The position numbers and the translations under genes are program-made. Below, in pieces: positions 31,500 to 41,201 of a stretch of 64,000 nt of DNA; position 1 is the first letter of the stretch; every line of letters starts with the position of its first letter. The DNA lies in NCBI GenBank assembly GCA_023954495.1, contig JAMLIA010000004.1:13419-77418 (forward strand), given 5' to 3'. The notes beneath the pieces were generated by a model. It was not told the DNA's origin. It worked only from the letters and a program-made list of their open reading frames with translations, and made no database searches. This DNA comes from Thermomicrobiales bacterium. GTDB taxonomy: Bacteria; Chloroflexota; Chloroflexia; Thermomicrobiales; CFX8.

Positions 31500-32771
31500 A
31501 TGCGGCTCGCGAGCGAGATAGAACTCGAGCACGTCGGACAACGCATCCTGTTCAGACTTCCGGTTGCGATCTGGTCGATGCTCCTGACCGCGTTCGCGAT
31601 GAGCCTCGGCTTCTTCATGCTCATTCCCCTCGTCTCGGTCTACTACACCGAGTCGCTCGGATTCACCGCAGCGATGGTTGGTCTGGCGCTCGCTGTACGT
31701 CAGTTTTCCCAGCAGGGGTTGATGCTCGTTACCGGCACGCTCGCCGAGCGCGTTGGGTATCGACCAGTGCTGGCAATTGGCATGATGATCCGCTCAACCG
31801 GGTTTGTCATGTTCGTCGTGGCTAGCGACCTGCCGCGCTTGCTGGTCGCTTCGTTCATTGCAGCGTTGGGTGGCGCATTCTTCGAGGTGAGCGCGCGGGC
31901 GCTGATGGCGACGCTGGTGCCGCCCGAGAACCGCACGCAAGGATTCGCGATGTGGTCGCTGGCGTCGAATGTCGGCCTGGCGCTCGGCCCGGTCATCGGC
32001 TCATTGCTCATCAAGACCAGCTTTTCGGCGGTCTGTCTTGCCGCGTCGGTCATGTACGTCTTCGGAGCGGTGAGCACGCTGTTGCTCATTCCTTCCGGCA
32101 ACAGGTCACGAGTCGGCGTCGTTCGGCCACCGGGTCTCGTCAAGACGATCGGCGTGGTGGCTGCTGACCGCACATTCGTCATCTTCTGTGCGATCATGAG
32201 TGGTTACTACTTGCTGAATACCCAGCTCTACATCACCGTCCCACTCGAAACGCAGCGCCTGACTGGATCGACGAGCAAGCTCGGGATCATCTATCTGGTC
32301 AATTCGCTCGTCGCGATCAGCCTGCAATTCCCGCTGATCAAGCTGGCGTCGAAGCGCCTCGGCTCGCTACAGATCATCGTCACGGGAGTGGCGGTTCTTG
32401 GTGTTGCGCTCTGCGGGATTGGGCTCGGCGCAGGGTTCCCGATGGTCATCGCAAGCGTCGCGCTGATCGCCGTCTCGCGGGTGTTGGTTGAGCCAGTCGT
32501 CAACACGAGCGTCGCCGGCATCGCCGCCAAGGGTGGTGACGGTATGCTGGCCAGCTACTTTGGCTTCGCGGCGCTTTCAATCGCCATTGGCGGATCGGTT
32601 GGGCAACTGCTTGGCGGCTGGCTCTACGATCTTGCCGGCGACCTCAGTCGCCCATCGCTGCCATGGTTCGTGTTCGGTGCAATTGGCGCAGTCGTCACTG
32701 TGTCGCTCGCCGTCTACGCACGGTCTGCCGGCGCGACGCGTCTTGAGATCGCTGAGCCCGCCACCGCGTAA
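31500..32771 (+). CDS. MFS transporter
   Basis: 423 aa with about 12 TM helices. GTLAERVGYRP is an MFS loop 2-3 signature. Confidence 0.8.
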   Translation: MRLASEIELEHVGQRILFRLPVAIWSMLLTAFAMSLGFFMLIPLVSVYYTESLGFTAAMVGLALAVRQFSQQGLMLVTGTLAERVGYRPVLAIGMMIRSTGFVMFVVASDLPRLLVASFIAALGGAFFEVSARALMATLVPPENRTQGFAMWSLASNVGLALGPVIGSLLIKTSFSAVCLAASVMYVFGAVSTLLLIPSGNRSRVGVVRPPGLVKTIGVVAADRTFVIFCAIMSGYYLLNTQLYITVPLETQRLTGSTSKLGIIYLVNSLVAISLQFPLIKLASKRLGSLQIIVTGVAVLGVALCGIGLGAGFPMVIASVALIAVSRVLVEPVVNTSVAGIAAKGGDGMLASYFGFAALSIAIGGSVGQLLGGWLYDLAGDLSRPSLPWFVFGAIGAVVTVSLAVYARSAGATRLEIAEPATA

Positions 32772-32777
32772 ACGCAG

Positions 32778-33926
32778 CTATTCGCCAGCGACGCTGAGGC
32801 GGAAGATGCGGCCACCCGAATCGTCGGAGATCAGCACGCTGCCGTCCGGTATTTGCAGTACATCGACTGGCCGCCCCCAGGCGTCACCGTCATCGAGTAG
32901 AAAGCCGCTGACCAGATCGGTCACTTCGCCTGTCGGCGATCCATCTTTGAAGACAACGCGCACGACCTTGTAGCCGGTCGGTTCGCTGCGGTTCCACGAA
33001 CCGTGGAACGCAATGAGCGCATCGCCATCAAGAGACCCGTCGAGCGCATGTGCATCGAGGAAGGTCAGTCCGAGCGGGGCCGAATGCGCCTGCATTTCGA
33101 CCGCTGGAGGGACAGCGTTCTGGCAGCCCGCATCACCACCAAAGTCCGGGTCGACGATGTCACCGGCGTGACAACGCGGCCAGCCGAAATCCGCGCCGTC
33201 CGTTATCAGGTTGAGTGTTTCAGGCGGCACGTCATCACCCAGCATGTCGCGGCCATTGTTCGTCGCCCAAAGCTGGCCGCCGGCGTCAAACGCCAGGCCA
33301 ACTGCATTGCGCAGTCCAACAGCGACGATCTCACCGCCAGTGCCGTCCGCGTTGTAGCGACTGACCGTCGCGCGAATCGCCTCGTCCTCCCAGCATACAT
33401 TGCAAGACGAACCAACGGCCAGGTACAGCATCCCATCCGGTCCGAAGACAATCGTGCGCGACCAGTGGCCACCGGTCGGCAAGTCGGCAATCACAACCTT
33501 AGGCTGCTCGTAGAGACCATCGCCGTCATCATCGCTGACTCGGACGATCTGGTCAGTTTCGGCCACATAGAGATAGCCATCATGAAAGGCGATGCTGTGC
33601 GGCGCATTCAGGCGGTTCAGCACGACTTCCGGCGTATCAGCCACGCCATCCGAATCCGCATCGACGAGCCGCACCACGCGCCCACCAGCGCGGTCGGCAA
33701 CATACACAACTCCGGCACCGTCCAGTGCCATGAAACGCGGCGCGCCCAGTCCTTCAGCAAACACTGACAGCATGAGGCCAGCGGGTACGTTGACATGATG
33801 ACCGAGTATCTCGTTGGGAGTTGGGCTAGCAGATGGTGTTGAGGATGGCCGTTCCTGATCGCGGCCCGCCGAACATGCCGCAATGACTGCGGCGATGCAC
33901 AGCAGGACCACGAAGCGACGTATCAT
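32778..33926 (-). CDS. PQQ-dependent sugar (glucose/sorbosone) dehydrogenase-family lipoprotein
   Basis: Lipobox-like LLCIAAVIAACS. GLRNAVGLAFD, DFGWPRCH and GSWNRSEPTGYKV are typical of the sGDH/sorbosone dehydrogenase beta-propeller. Confidence 0.8.
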   Translation of the reverse strand: MIRRFVVLLCIAAVIAACSAGRDQERPSSTPSASPTPNEILGHHVNVPAGLMLSVFAEGLGAPRFMALDGAGVVYVADRAGGRVVRLVDADSDGVADTPEVVLNRLNAPHSIAFHDGYLYVAETDQIVRVSDDDGDGLYEQPKVVIADLPTGGHWSRTIVFGPDGMLYLAVGSSCNVCWEDEAIRATVSRYNADGTGGEIVAVGLRNAVGLAFDAGGQLWATNNGRDMLGDDVPPETLNLITDGADFGWPRCHAGDIVDPDFGGDAGCQNAVPPAVEMQAHSAPLGLTFLDAHALDGSLDGDALIAFHGSWNRSEPTGYKVVRVVFKDGSPTGEVTDLVSGFLLDDGDAWGRPVDVLQIPDGSVLISDDSGGRIFRLSVAGE

Positions 33927-34903
33927 CTGCCGGCTGGTTCTGTGGTGTGGAACGTGTTGGTCTGGAGAATGGATTCATCCTCGTAGGCCGAGCGCCTCAG
34001 CACACAAATGAATGGTAGATTGCGATGCAGCTCGCGGTGATCCAGTCCGTACCCAACGACATACTCATTGGGAATATCGAATCCCACATATCGTAGATCA
34101 ACCGGGACGATCCGTCGTTCCGACTTGTCGAGCAAGGCGCAGACATCGAGGCTGGCCGGTTCTTGCGAGCGCAAGTACTCCAACACGAAGTCCATCGTGA
34201 AGCCAGTGTTGACGATGTCTTCGATCAACAAGACATGTCGCCCGCGAATATCAATGTCCAGCGATCGGTCGAAGTGAATGCCCTCCGGCGAGTCGTCCGG
34301 CAAGGCGACCGACAGGTAATCGATGACCAGCGGTCGGGTGATCGCTCGCGCCAGGTCGGCCAGAAAGAACGTCACACCTTTCAGCAATCCGACGAGGACG
34401 AGCGATTCACCAGCGTAGTCAGCCGAGATCTGCGCGCCGAGCTCCTGAACGCGCCGCTGTATCTCCGACTGCGAGAGCAGGACGCGCTCGATTTCGTCTT
34501 CTGACAGCGACGTGATGTCGACCGCACCGTAGCCGAATCGCGCCAGCAGCTCGTGAAAACCCTTGCGGTTGAGCAGCACAACGTTGGTCGATGGGTAGAG
34601 TTCCTTCAATCGCCGAATCTTGCGGTTCTTCCGCGTCACCAGCGACTGCTTCATAGTGGTCAGCTCGACAAACAGATCCTGCTCGGGAAGGTAGAAGTCG
34701 GGGGTGAACATCTGGGCGACCCGCCCATTGCGCCAGCGGAGGGCAAACGACTTTGGTTCGTATTGCCAACGAATCCGGTAGAAGTCCAGAAACGCAGCGA
34801 AGTCAGCTTCGGCAGGGTGGACAAACGGGGCGAGGTCATCCGGATCATTCGTGTGTTCGCCGTCTACCTGCTCAATATCGTCCTGGTGCTCATCATCGGT
34901 CAA
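33923..34903 (-). CDS. hpt: hypoxanthine phosphoribosyltransferase with a roughly 140-aa N-terminal extension (PD-(D/E)XK-like?)
   Basis: The C-terminal 180 aa is a complete HPRT: VLLSQSEIQRRVQELGAQISADY, LVLVGLLKGVTFFLADL, HVLLIEDIVNTGFT and VVGYGLD. The N-terminal part contains WQYEPKSF...FTPDFYLPEQDLFVELT. ATGA overlap with the upstream PAP2 gene supports the long form. Confidence 0.8.
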   Translation of the reverse strand: MTDDEHQDDIEQVDGEHTNDPDDLAPFVHPAEADFAAFLDFYRIRWQYEPKSFALRWRNGRVAQMFTPDFYLPEQDLFVELTTMKQSLVTRKNRKIRRLKELYPSTNVVLLNRKGFHELLARFGYGAVDITSLSEDEIERVLLSQSEIQRRVQELGAQISADYAGESLVLVGLLKGVTFFLADLARAITRPLVIDYLSVALPDDSPEGIHFDRSLDIDIRGRHVLLIEDIVNTGFTMDFVLEYLRSQEPASLDVCALLDKSERRIVPVDLRYVGFDIPNEYVVGYGLDHRELHRNLPFICVLRRSAYEDESILQTNTFHTTEPAGR

Positions 34904-35922
34904 TGACTCGGTCCCAATCCTTCGGCTCCGACAGGTACGTGTGGGATCAGCGGCGCTGTTCGTCGATTGACCATCTGGAAAATTGGAGCAGTGACGGTCA
35001 GCCAGCGTCCTGAGTACACGTACGCGTAGGTTGCGATCGCCGCGCCGATCAGCGTGTCGATCACGTAATGCTCACCAGTGTAGACCAGTGAGAAGGCCAT
35101 GAGGATGGAATAGATGAACATAGGCACGGATACCTTCCAGCCCGCGCGCAAGCTGAATAGGAAGACGAGGAACGTGATCGCCGAATGCAGCGATGGCATT
35201 GCTGCGACCGGATTCGGGTCGCCCAGCGCGCTATAGGTCCGGTCATAAAGCGACGAGTTGATCTGTCGACCGACGTTCGCCATCACCCGAAAGATGTCTT
35301 GCTGCGGCGCGCGATCCGCCGTCAGCCATGGCGGAGCTGCGGGTGACAGGAAATAGACCATCAGCCCAATGCCGAGTGTAATAACCGTGGCGATGAGATA
35401 GCGGCGATAGTGATCAGGCGCTTTCCGCCACATGATGATCGCCGCGACGTGCGGCACGAAGAAATAGGACCAGTGAATGAACGTTGTCGCGTAGTCGTAC
35501 CAGTGGATATGAACTGGATCGAATAGTCGCTCCTGCAACCAGATCGTGGGAATTCGGCCATCAAAGAGTGCTCGTTCAATTGCGGTTACTTGTGTCGTAC
35601 GCAGCTGCACACCCGTTTCGTCGGCGAGCGACCGCAAGAGGGTGAAGATCAACCAGGCTGCGCCGTACGGAAGGAACGCACCGGCATAGGCGCGAAAGCG
35701 CGAGATCGGCACGGCGATGATCGCGGCAGTAACCGCCGCACCCCAACCAATGAACGACGGGTTGAAGAGCAGGATTGCGGAAACGACGACAATCGCGATC
35801 CCGATACGAATGAGGATGTTCTGGTGGTCGCTGGCCCAACGTCGCAAGCGCATGCCACCGCTCGCTTTCGGAGCAGGTGAAACGGGTGGCTCGCGCTGCG
35901 GTTCCAGATCGCTCAACAACAC
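34900..35922 (-). CDS. PAP2-superfamily membrane protein (AUR1/IPC-synthase-like PAP2_C)
   Basis: Polytopic. MPSLHSAITF and GEHYVIDTLIGAA match the PAP2 C2/C3 motifs. Confidence 0.7.
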   Translation of the reverse strand: MLLSDLEPQREPPVSPAPKASGGMRLRRWASDHQNILIRIGIAIVVVSAILLFNPSFIGWGAAVTAAIIAVPISRFRAYAGAFLPYGAAWLIFTLLRSLADETGVQLRTTQVTAIERALFDGRIPTIWLQERLFDPVHIHWYDYATTFIHWSYFFVPHVAAIIMWRKAPDHYRRYLIATVITLGIGLMVYFLSPAAPPWLTADRAPQQDIFRVMANVGRQINSSLYDRTYSALGDPNPVAAMPSLHSAITFLVFLFSLRAGWKVSVPMFIYSILMAFSLVYTGEHYVIDTLIGAAIATYAYVYSGRWLTVTAPIFQMVNRRTAPLIPHVPVGAEGLGPSH

Positions 35923-35932
35923 CTACCCGACG

Positions 35933-36460
35933 TCAGTCAACCGGCGGTGATAGCTCAATACGATAGCGCTGCAGAGCCTTCGACGTTACGGTGATCGTGG
36001 GCACACCATCGGCTTCCTTGCGCGCGATGAACCCACGACGGGCCTGCTCCGTAAGCCACGCTTCGTCGTACCCGTGCGTAGCCATCAGCGCTTCGAAGTC
36101 CACACGGACCATCGTCGGCCCATCAGCCGTCGCTTCGCGATAGAAGCGTTCACGAGCGGCCTCCTCCGGCGTCTCCGGGGAGAGAACCAGGCGCTCGACA
36201 ACCTCGCCGCCCTCAAGGTGGCGGATGATGTCGGGCAGATCTGCAGTTGTGACGTGACTATAGATGATTCCGTCGGGGTAGACGACTATATTTGGTCCGA
36301 TGTCGCACAGTTCGATTGAGTCGCACGTGTTCACCATGACATCATGATCGAGGCCGCGACGTTTGCATTCAATGCGCAGTCGCCCTGCGACGTTCATCGC
36401 TCCCTTTTGCATGCAGTGTTGCGCTGTGCAAACCAGGACGTGCTTGCGGCTCCAGTACAT
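35933..36460 (-). CDS. thioredoxin-like [2Fe-2S] ferredoxin domain protein
   Basis: HVLVCTAQHC...NTCDSIELCDIGPNIVVYPDG Cys pattern. Confidence 0.7.
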   Translation of the reverse strand: MYWSRKHVLVCTAQHCMQKGAMNVAGRLRIECKRRGLDHDVMVNTCDSIELCDIGPNIVVYPDGIIYSHVTTADLPDIIRHLEGGEVVERLVLSPETPEEAARERFYREATADGPTMVRVDFEALMATHGYDEAWLTEQARRGFIARKEADGVPTITVTSKALQRYRIELSPPVD

Positions 36461-36511
36461 ATGCGCTCCGTTCTCCGGGCTTTTCCCGCCGCGGCTGCCG
36501 TGCGAGCGCGG

Positions 36512-36820
36512 TTAGCCGAAGCGGTACTGAATCCCAAACCCACCGCGCGGGTAGGTCCACTCGATATTGTCGAACTCGTTACAGACAATGCGGCAAGTAC
36601 CGCACTCTACGCAGCCTTCGTATGAGAACAGGACCGTTCCATCGGGCTGTGGCGCATAGCATGCAGCCGGGCAGCAGTTGATGCACTGCTGGCGTTCGCA
36701 CTGCAAGCACTGACGCGAATCGATGATCCGTATATGTGCGCGCGTCGGATCGACTGAATAGGAGTCGATGCTCAGCTTCTTTTCGAGCCCGACGCGATCC
36801 TGAATTCCGTCTATAACCAC
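36512..36820 (-). CDS. FixX-like ferredoxin
   Basis: SRQCLQCERQQCINCCPAACY...YEGCVECGTCRIVC...WTYPRGGFGIQYRFG matches the FixX family, including the C-terminal G(I/V)xYRxG. Confidence 0.8.
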   Translation of the reverse strand: MVIDGIQDRVGLEKKLSIDSYSVDPTRAHIRIIDSRQCLQCERQQCINCCPAACYAPQPDGTVLFSYEGCVECGTCRIVCNEFDNIEWTYPRGGFGIQYRFG

Positions 36821-36866
36821 GCTGACTCCGTGTCGCTCGGTGAGTCAAATGCCTGCCGGAATCGTA

Positions 36867-37712
36867 TCACTGACCGACCGACGCCCCGGAACCGTGCGTC
36901 GACCGCCAGTAGTCCGCAACTTCGCCAGCACTGGCAAACCAGACATTCGGATAGCCGCGAATAAACTCGATGAGCCGACCGAGCATCTGTAATCTGCCCG
37001 GTCGGCCAATGATCTGCGGGTGCATCGTCAGGTTGAAGAGTCCGCCTTGCAAGTAGATGCCGTCGAACTCTTCGGTCCATGCCTGATAGACGTTCTGCGC
37101 GCTGCTGATCGGACGTGGTCGACCACCGCCGTAGAGGAAGAACGGCGCATCGTCGAGCAGCCACTGCACCGGCAGTTCGACAATATCGGCTTCCTCATGA
37201 ACCCAGGGGCGGAAGTCGCTCATCAGGTTCGATGAGTAACTGAAGCCATATTCCTTAAGCAACGCCAGCGTGTTCGCGGAGAACTCCCAGGCGGGCGATC
37301 GATAGCCGCGCGGTGGCGCACCAGTGATCGCCTCAAGCGCATTGATGCCTTTCAAGAGCACCTCGCGCTCGTCTTCGAGTGAGAGGTTGGTTGCATGCTC
37401 GTGGATCCAGCCGTGGTGACCCAGCTCGTGACCGGCCGCATGAACCTGCTCGATGATGTCGCGATGGTTCTCGGCGGTCCAGCCCGGGACGAAGAACGTG
37501 CCCGGCAGGCCCGCGTGCTCCAGCAACTCGAGAATGAGCGGCACCGCCACTTTCGCGCCGTATGTGCCCTGCGATAGCAGGCCAGGGAGCGAAAGCTTGG
37601 ACATATCACCGGAAACCCAGAGTGTCTCTGCGTCGACGTCGAACGTCAGCGTAACGACACACTGGACCTCGTCTGGCCAGATACCCACACGCAACTCCTC
37701 GTTGTCGGGCAA
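36867..37712 (-). CDS. polysaccharide deacetylase (NodB-homology) family protein
   Basis: TFDVDAE, TFFVPGW, GHELGHHGWIHE and YRSPAW are NodB motifs 1-3. Confidence 0.8.
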   Translation of the reverse strand: MPDNEELRVGIWPDEVQCVVTLTFDVDAETLWVSGDMSKLSLPGLLSQGTYGAKVAVPLILELLEHAGLPGTFFVPGWTAENHRDIIEQVHAAGHELGHHGWIHEHATNLSLEDEREVLLKGINALEAITGAPPRGYRSPAWEFSANTLALLKEYGFSYSSNLMSDFRPWVHEEADIVELPVQWLLDDAPFFLYGGGRPRPISSAQNVYQAWTEEFDGIYLQGGLFNLTMHPQIIGRPGRLQMLGRLIEFIRGYPNVWFASAGEVADYWRSTHGSGASVGQ

Positions 37713-37720
37713 ATCGTCAC

Positions 37721-38404
37721 CTAGCCCAGGTCGGCCAACGCCTCGTGCGGGTCCTTGAGGACACCGAGGAAGATCGGCGTATCGGACTTGGTGTACGGGC
37801 GTGACGCTGCCGGGCGGAGATACTCGACCATTCGGACCATCTCGCCGACGTCATCACCCTCGAAGGCGACCACGAACTCCCAGTCGCTGATGCCGAACGA
37901 TGACACCGTGTTGGTCTGAATGTCAGGATACTCCCGCCCCATCCGACCATGCTCAGCCATAGCCGAGCGTCGCTCCTCAAACGGCACCTGGTACCACTCG
38001 TGCGTCTTGACGAACGGATACATCGACAGATAGCGCTTCGGCGCAAGACCACGCACGAACGCCGGGGCATGGTCGCTGGTGTACTTCGAGCCAAGCGACA
38101 CACTCGGGTACGAGTGCTGGAGCGTCAAATAGTTACCGAGCGCCGAATCGCGGACTGCAATCGAGAAGCACTGCAGAGCGTCGAAATCATCGCTGATGCC
38201 CCACAGAATCAGATCGCTGTCCGGTCGCAGCCCAACGGTCGAATACACACCGCGCAACGTGACGCCCTTGCTCGGTGCTTCATGAAGCAGCGCAACAAAC
38301 GCATCGCGCGCGGTGCTGCGATCGCTTTCGCTCAACTTTCGCCAGGCCGGATCGACCTGATACACCCAGAAGTTTACGTATGTCGTCCTACTCTGCTCGC
38401 TCAT
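37721..38404 (-). CDS. hemQ: chlorite-dismutase-family coproheme decarboxylase (HemQ/ChdC)
   Basis: YVNFWVYQVDPAWRKL, MYPFVKTHEWYQVPFEERRSAMAEHG and FGISDWEFVVAFEGDD are typical of HemQ. Confidence 0.8.
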   Translation of the reverse strand: MSEQSRTTYVNFWVYQVDPAWRKLSESDRSTARDAFVALLHEAPSKGVTLRGVYSTVGLRPDSDLILWGISDDFDALQCFSIAVRDSALGNYLTLQHSYPSVSLGSKYTSDHAPAFVRGLAPKRYLSMYPFVKTHEWYQVPFEERRSAMAEHGRMGREYPDIQTNTVSSFGISDWEFVVAFEGDDVGEMVRMVEYLRPAASRPYTKSDTPIFLGVLKDPHEALADLG

Positions 38405-38461
38405 GTCCCCTTAGTTTCACTAAGCCTCATGACCAGATCGATTATGCCACCACGCAATCGG

Positions 38462-41071
38462 TTACTCTTCGGGGCCGACAACAACGACTTGCAGTGCATC
38501 TGGCAAGATGTGCTGCCGGGCAGCACGGACGATGTCGTCTGCGGTCAAAGAACGCACAATCGCGCGGTAGCGTTGCAGATAATCCAGCCCAAGATCGTGG
38601 AAACCAATGTCAGCAAGCACCGCCGCGACACTTCCGGCCGTTTCGAGCCCGAGCGGCAGGGAGCCGGTGACAAACGAGACGGCGTCAGTCATCTCTCGGT
38701 CTGTCGGACCGTCGGACAGGTAGCCGCGCAGCTCGGCTAAAATCGCCTCAATGGCGCGTTCAACGTTGGCAGGGTTCACGCCGGCACGCGCGCTCCATAT
38801 GCCTGAGAGGCTACCGGCCTCCAAGCCGGAGTACGCGTAATACGCCATGCCTTGCCGCTCACGGACTGACTCCCCTATCCGCCCCATCAGACCGAGTCGT
38901 CCGAAGATCAGGTTGGCAATGTTCAGTGCGTAATAGTCAGGGTCAGCGCGATTGATGGACAGCAGACCGATCGCAATATCGGCCTGCGTCTTGCCGGCAA
39001 TCGAAGCGTTATGTCGTGAAGGCTGACCCGGAGTTGCTACTGTTGGGCCCTCTTGAATTGACGACTGCCCCGACCAGCCACCCAGATACTTCGACGCGAG
39101 CTCCACAGCCCGATCGTGGCTGATGCCACCTCCGACTGCGACCAGACTTCCGGCAGCGCCAACCGTGCGCGCATGCCAGCCAACGAGGTCTGTCCGCGAG
39201 ATCGCCTCGACCGACTCCTCGGATCCGGAAACACGCTCTCTGTAAGGATGCCCTTCAGGGAAGAGCACGCCTCGAAGCATATGGTCGGCCTCGGCACGCG
39301 TGTCGTTCCGCGACCGACGCAGGCCTGATAGGATCTGGCCGCGAACGATTGACACCTGATCGTCTGGAAATTGTGGGTCCAGCAGCGTCGTGGCAGCGAT
39401 CTCAAAGACACGCTCGACGTCTTCCGGCAGACACGTCAGCACGAGATCCAGCGCTTCGCGTCCGACTGCTGCCGAGACAGATGCTCCCAGGCCGTCAAGT
39501 TCCTCGGCAAGTTCATCAAGCGTCTTGCCTCCGCTTCCTCGCGTGAGCATGTCGGCAGCGAAGCGGGCAATCCCGGGTTGACTCCCGTCGTGGGAGCTAC
39601 CGCCGGGCACGCGGATTCGGGCAACAACCGGCTGCTCTGCCGGCTGGTCGTCCAGCGTCAGCACGCGCACGCCATTCGGCATGCGCGTTTCTCTCGCAGC
39701 AGGCATCGTCGAGTCGAGTCCGAGATCATTGGCGTCCGGGACGTATCCAGCTGGCGCGCTGCCGACCGAAGCGCTGGCTGGCTGGCCGCTTGCATCGCTC
39801 GGAATGAGCCATCCGGTTGTCCGATGGTTTGGCACAAGCCAGGTCGCAGCTGCGCGTTGCAACTCTTCCGGCGTCACGGCGAGCATCGCATCCAGCAAGT
39901 CGTCCGGCGTCATTTCGGGGGCAACGACTGCCAGCGCGCCGAGCAGGTACGCCTTGCTGGATGCGCTCTGTTGGGAATAGACGAACTGCGCCCGGATCTG
40001 CTTCCGGACACGCTCCAACTCGGTAGTGCCGACCGGCTCGTCAACCAGACGTTGAACTTCCGCATTGAGGATCGACTCAACCTGGTCGGCGTCGGAATCA
40101 GGGCTCAGCGTCGCCGAAACTCCGAAGATGTACGGATCGATCGAGAGCGACATCGACGCTCCGGCACCAGACGCCAACCCCTTGGCGACCAGCGCTCGGT
40201 AGAGTCGCGACGACCGCCCCATCGCGGCACCGCCGCCGAAGCTGAACGGCTTACCGCCGGACAACACAGCTTCCGCGACGAGCAGCGCCGGTGTATCGAC
40301 GTGCGCCGCTTCCGGCGCGCGGTATACGATCTGCACAACGCGATTCGGTGCGGGTCGGTGCACCTGCACCCGCCGCTCGCCGTATTGTGGCGGCTCGATC
40401 GTGCGCACCATCGGGACTTCTTCGCCCCGTGGGATATCGCCAAACGCCGCCTCAATGCGATCGAGCGCTTCATCAGCAGGCAACGCGCCAACGATGACAA
40501 CGACCGCGTTGTTCGGCGCGTAATAGCGTCGATAGTGTGCGTAGAGATCCTCGCGGGTGATCGCCTGCAGGTCCGAGATGTGGCCGATCACGCCATTGCC
40601 GTACGGGTGCGCGCGAAATGCTGCACCGGCAATCTCTTCGGAAAGCAGGAAACCGGGGTTGTTCTCGTTGCCCTGCCGTTCGGAGATGATGACGGTGCGC
40701 TCGCTCGCGACCTCGTCCGCCGAGATACGCGAATTGACCATGCGGTCCGATTCGATCTCCAGCCCAACATCGAGCTTGTCGATCGGTAGCGTTTCGTAAT
40801 AGGCGGTGTAATCGAGCCAGGTGAAGCCATTGATCGCACCACCGTTTGCCGTGATCGTGCGGAAGATCTCACCCGGCCCGATCTTGTCGGTTCCCTTGAA
40901 CTGCATGTGCTCAAGCCAGTGCGAGATTCCGGTGATTCCGGCAACCTCGTTACGGCCGCCGACGCGATACCAGACCCACAGAGAGGCAATCGGCGCGCCC
41001 GTCTGTTGCCGTGCAATGGCGGTCAGTCCGTTGGGCAACACGCGTTGCAGCGTCGAATCTCCGTGAGTCAT
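38462..41071 (-). CDS. fused two-module M16 (pitrilysin/insulinase) zinc peptidase
   Basis: HWLEHMQFKGT (HxxEH) sits in the first half only; the second half is M16-like without the motif. Start at ATG 41071, 5 nt after GAGGAG; the ORF-track GTG 41143 lacks an SD. Confidence 0.85.
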   Translation of the reverse strand: MTHGDSTLQRVLPNGLTAIARQQTGAPIASLWVWYRVGGRNEVAGITGISHWLEHMQFKGTDKIGPGEIFRTITANGGAINGFTWLDYTAYYETLPIDKLDVGLEIESDRMVNSRISADEVASERTVIISERQGNENNPGFLLSEEIAGAAFRAHPYGNGVIGHISDLQAITREDLYAHYRRYYAPNNAVVVIVGALPADEALDRIEAAFGDIPRGEEVPMVRTIEPPQYGERRVQVHRPAPNRVVQIVYRAPEAAHVDTPALLVAEAVLSGGKPFSFGGGAAMGRSSRLYRALVAKGLASGAGASMSLSIDPYIFGVSATLSPDSDADQVESILNAEVQRLVDEPVGTTELERVRKQIRAQFVYSQQSASSKAYLLGALAVVAPEMTPDDLLDAMLAVTPEELQRAAATWLVPNHRTTGWLIPSDASGQPASASVGSAPAGYVPDANDLGLDSTMPAARETRMPNGVRVLTLDDQPAEQPVVARIRVPGGSSHDGSQPGIARFAADMLTRGSGGKTLDELAEELDGLGASVSAAVGREALDLVLTCLPEDVERVFEIAATTLLDPQFPDDQVSIVRGQILSGLRRSRNDTRAEADHMLRGVLFPEGHPYRERVSGSEESVEAISRTDLVGWHARTVGAAGSLVAVGGGISHDRAVELASKYLGGWSGQSSIQEGPTVATPGQPSRHNASIAGKTQADIAIGLLSINRADPDYYALNIANLIFGRLGLMGRIGESVRERQGMAYYAYSGLEAGSLSGIWSARAGVNPANVERAIEAILAELRGYLSDGPTDREMTDAVSFVTGSLPLGLETAGSVAAVLADIGFHDLGLDYLQRYRAIVRSLTADDIVRAARQHILPDALQVVVVGPEE

Positions 41072-41137
41072 GTCATCTCCTCTATGGCGCATCTGCAGCG
41101 GTGGCAAGTCAGTTTCATAGCGCGAGTATAGAACTCG

Positions 41138-41173
41138 GGACACAAAGAGAGGGCATCCGGGTGGATGCCCTCT
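41138..41173 (-). terminator. intrinsic terminator after ilvC (end of the ilvBNC operon)
   Basis: AGAGGGCATCC-ACCC-GGATGCCCTCT perfect 11-bp stem followed by CTTTGTGT on the minus strand. Confidence 0.7.
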
Positions 41174-41201
41174 GGAACCGTCAGTTGCCGATCAAGATCG
41201 A

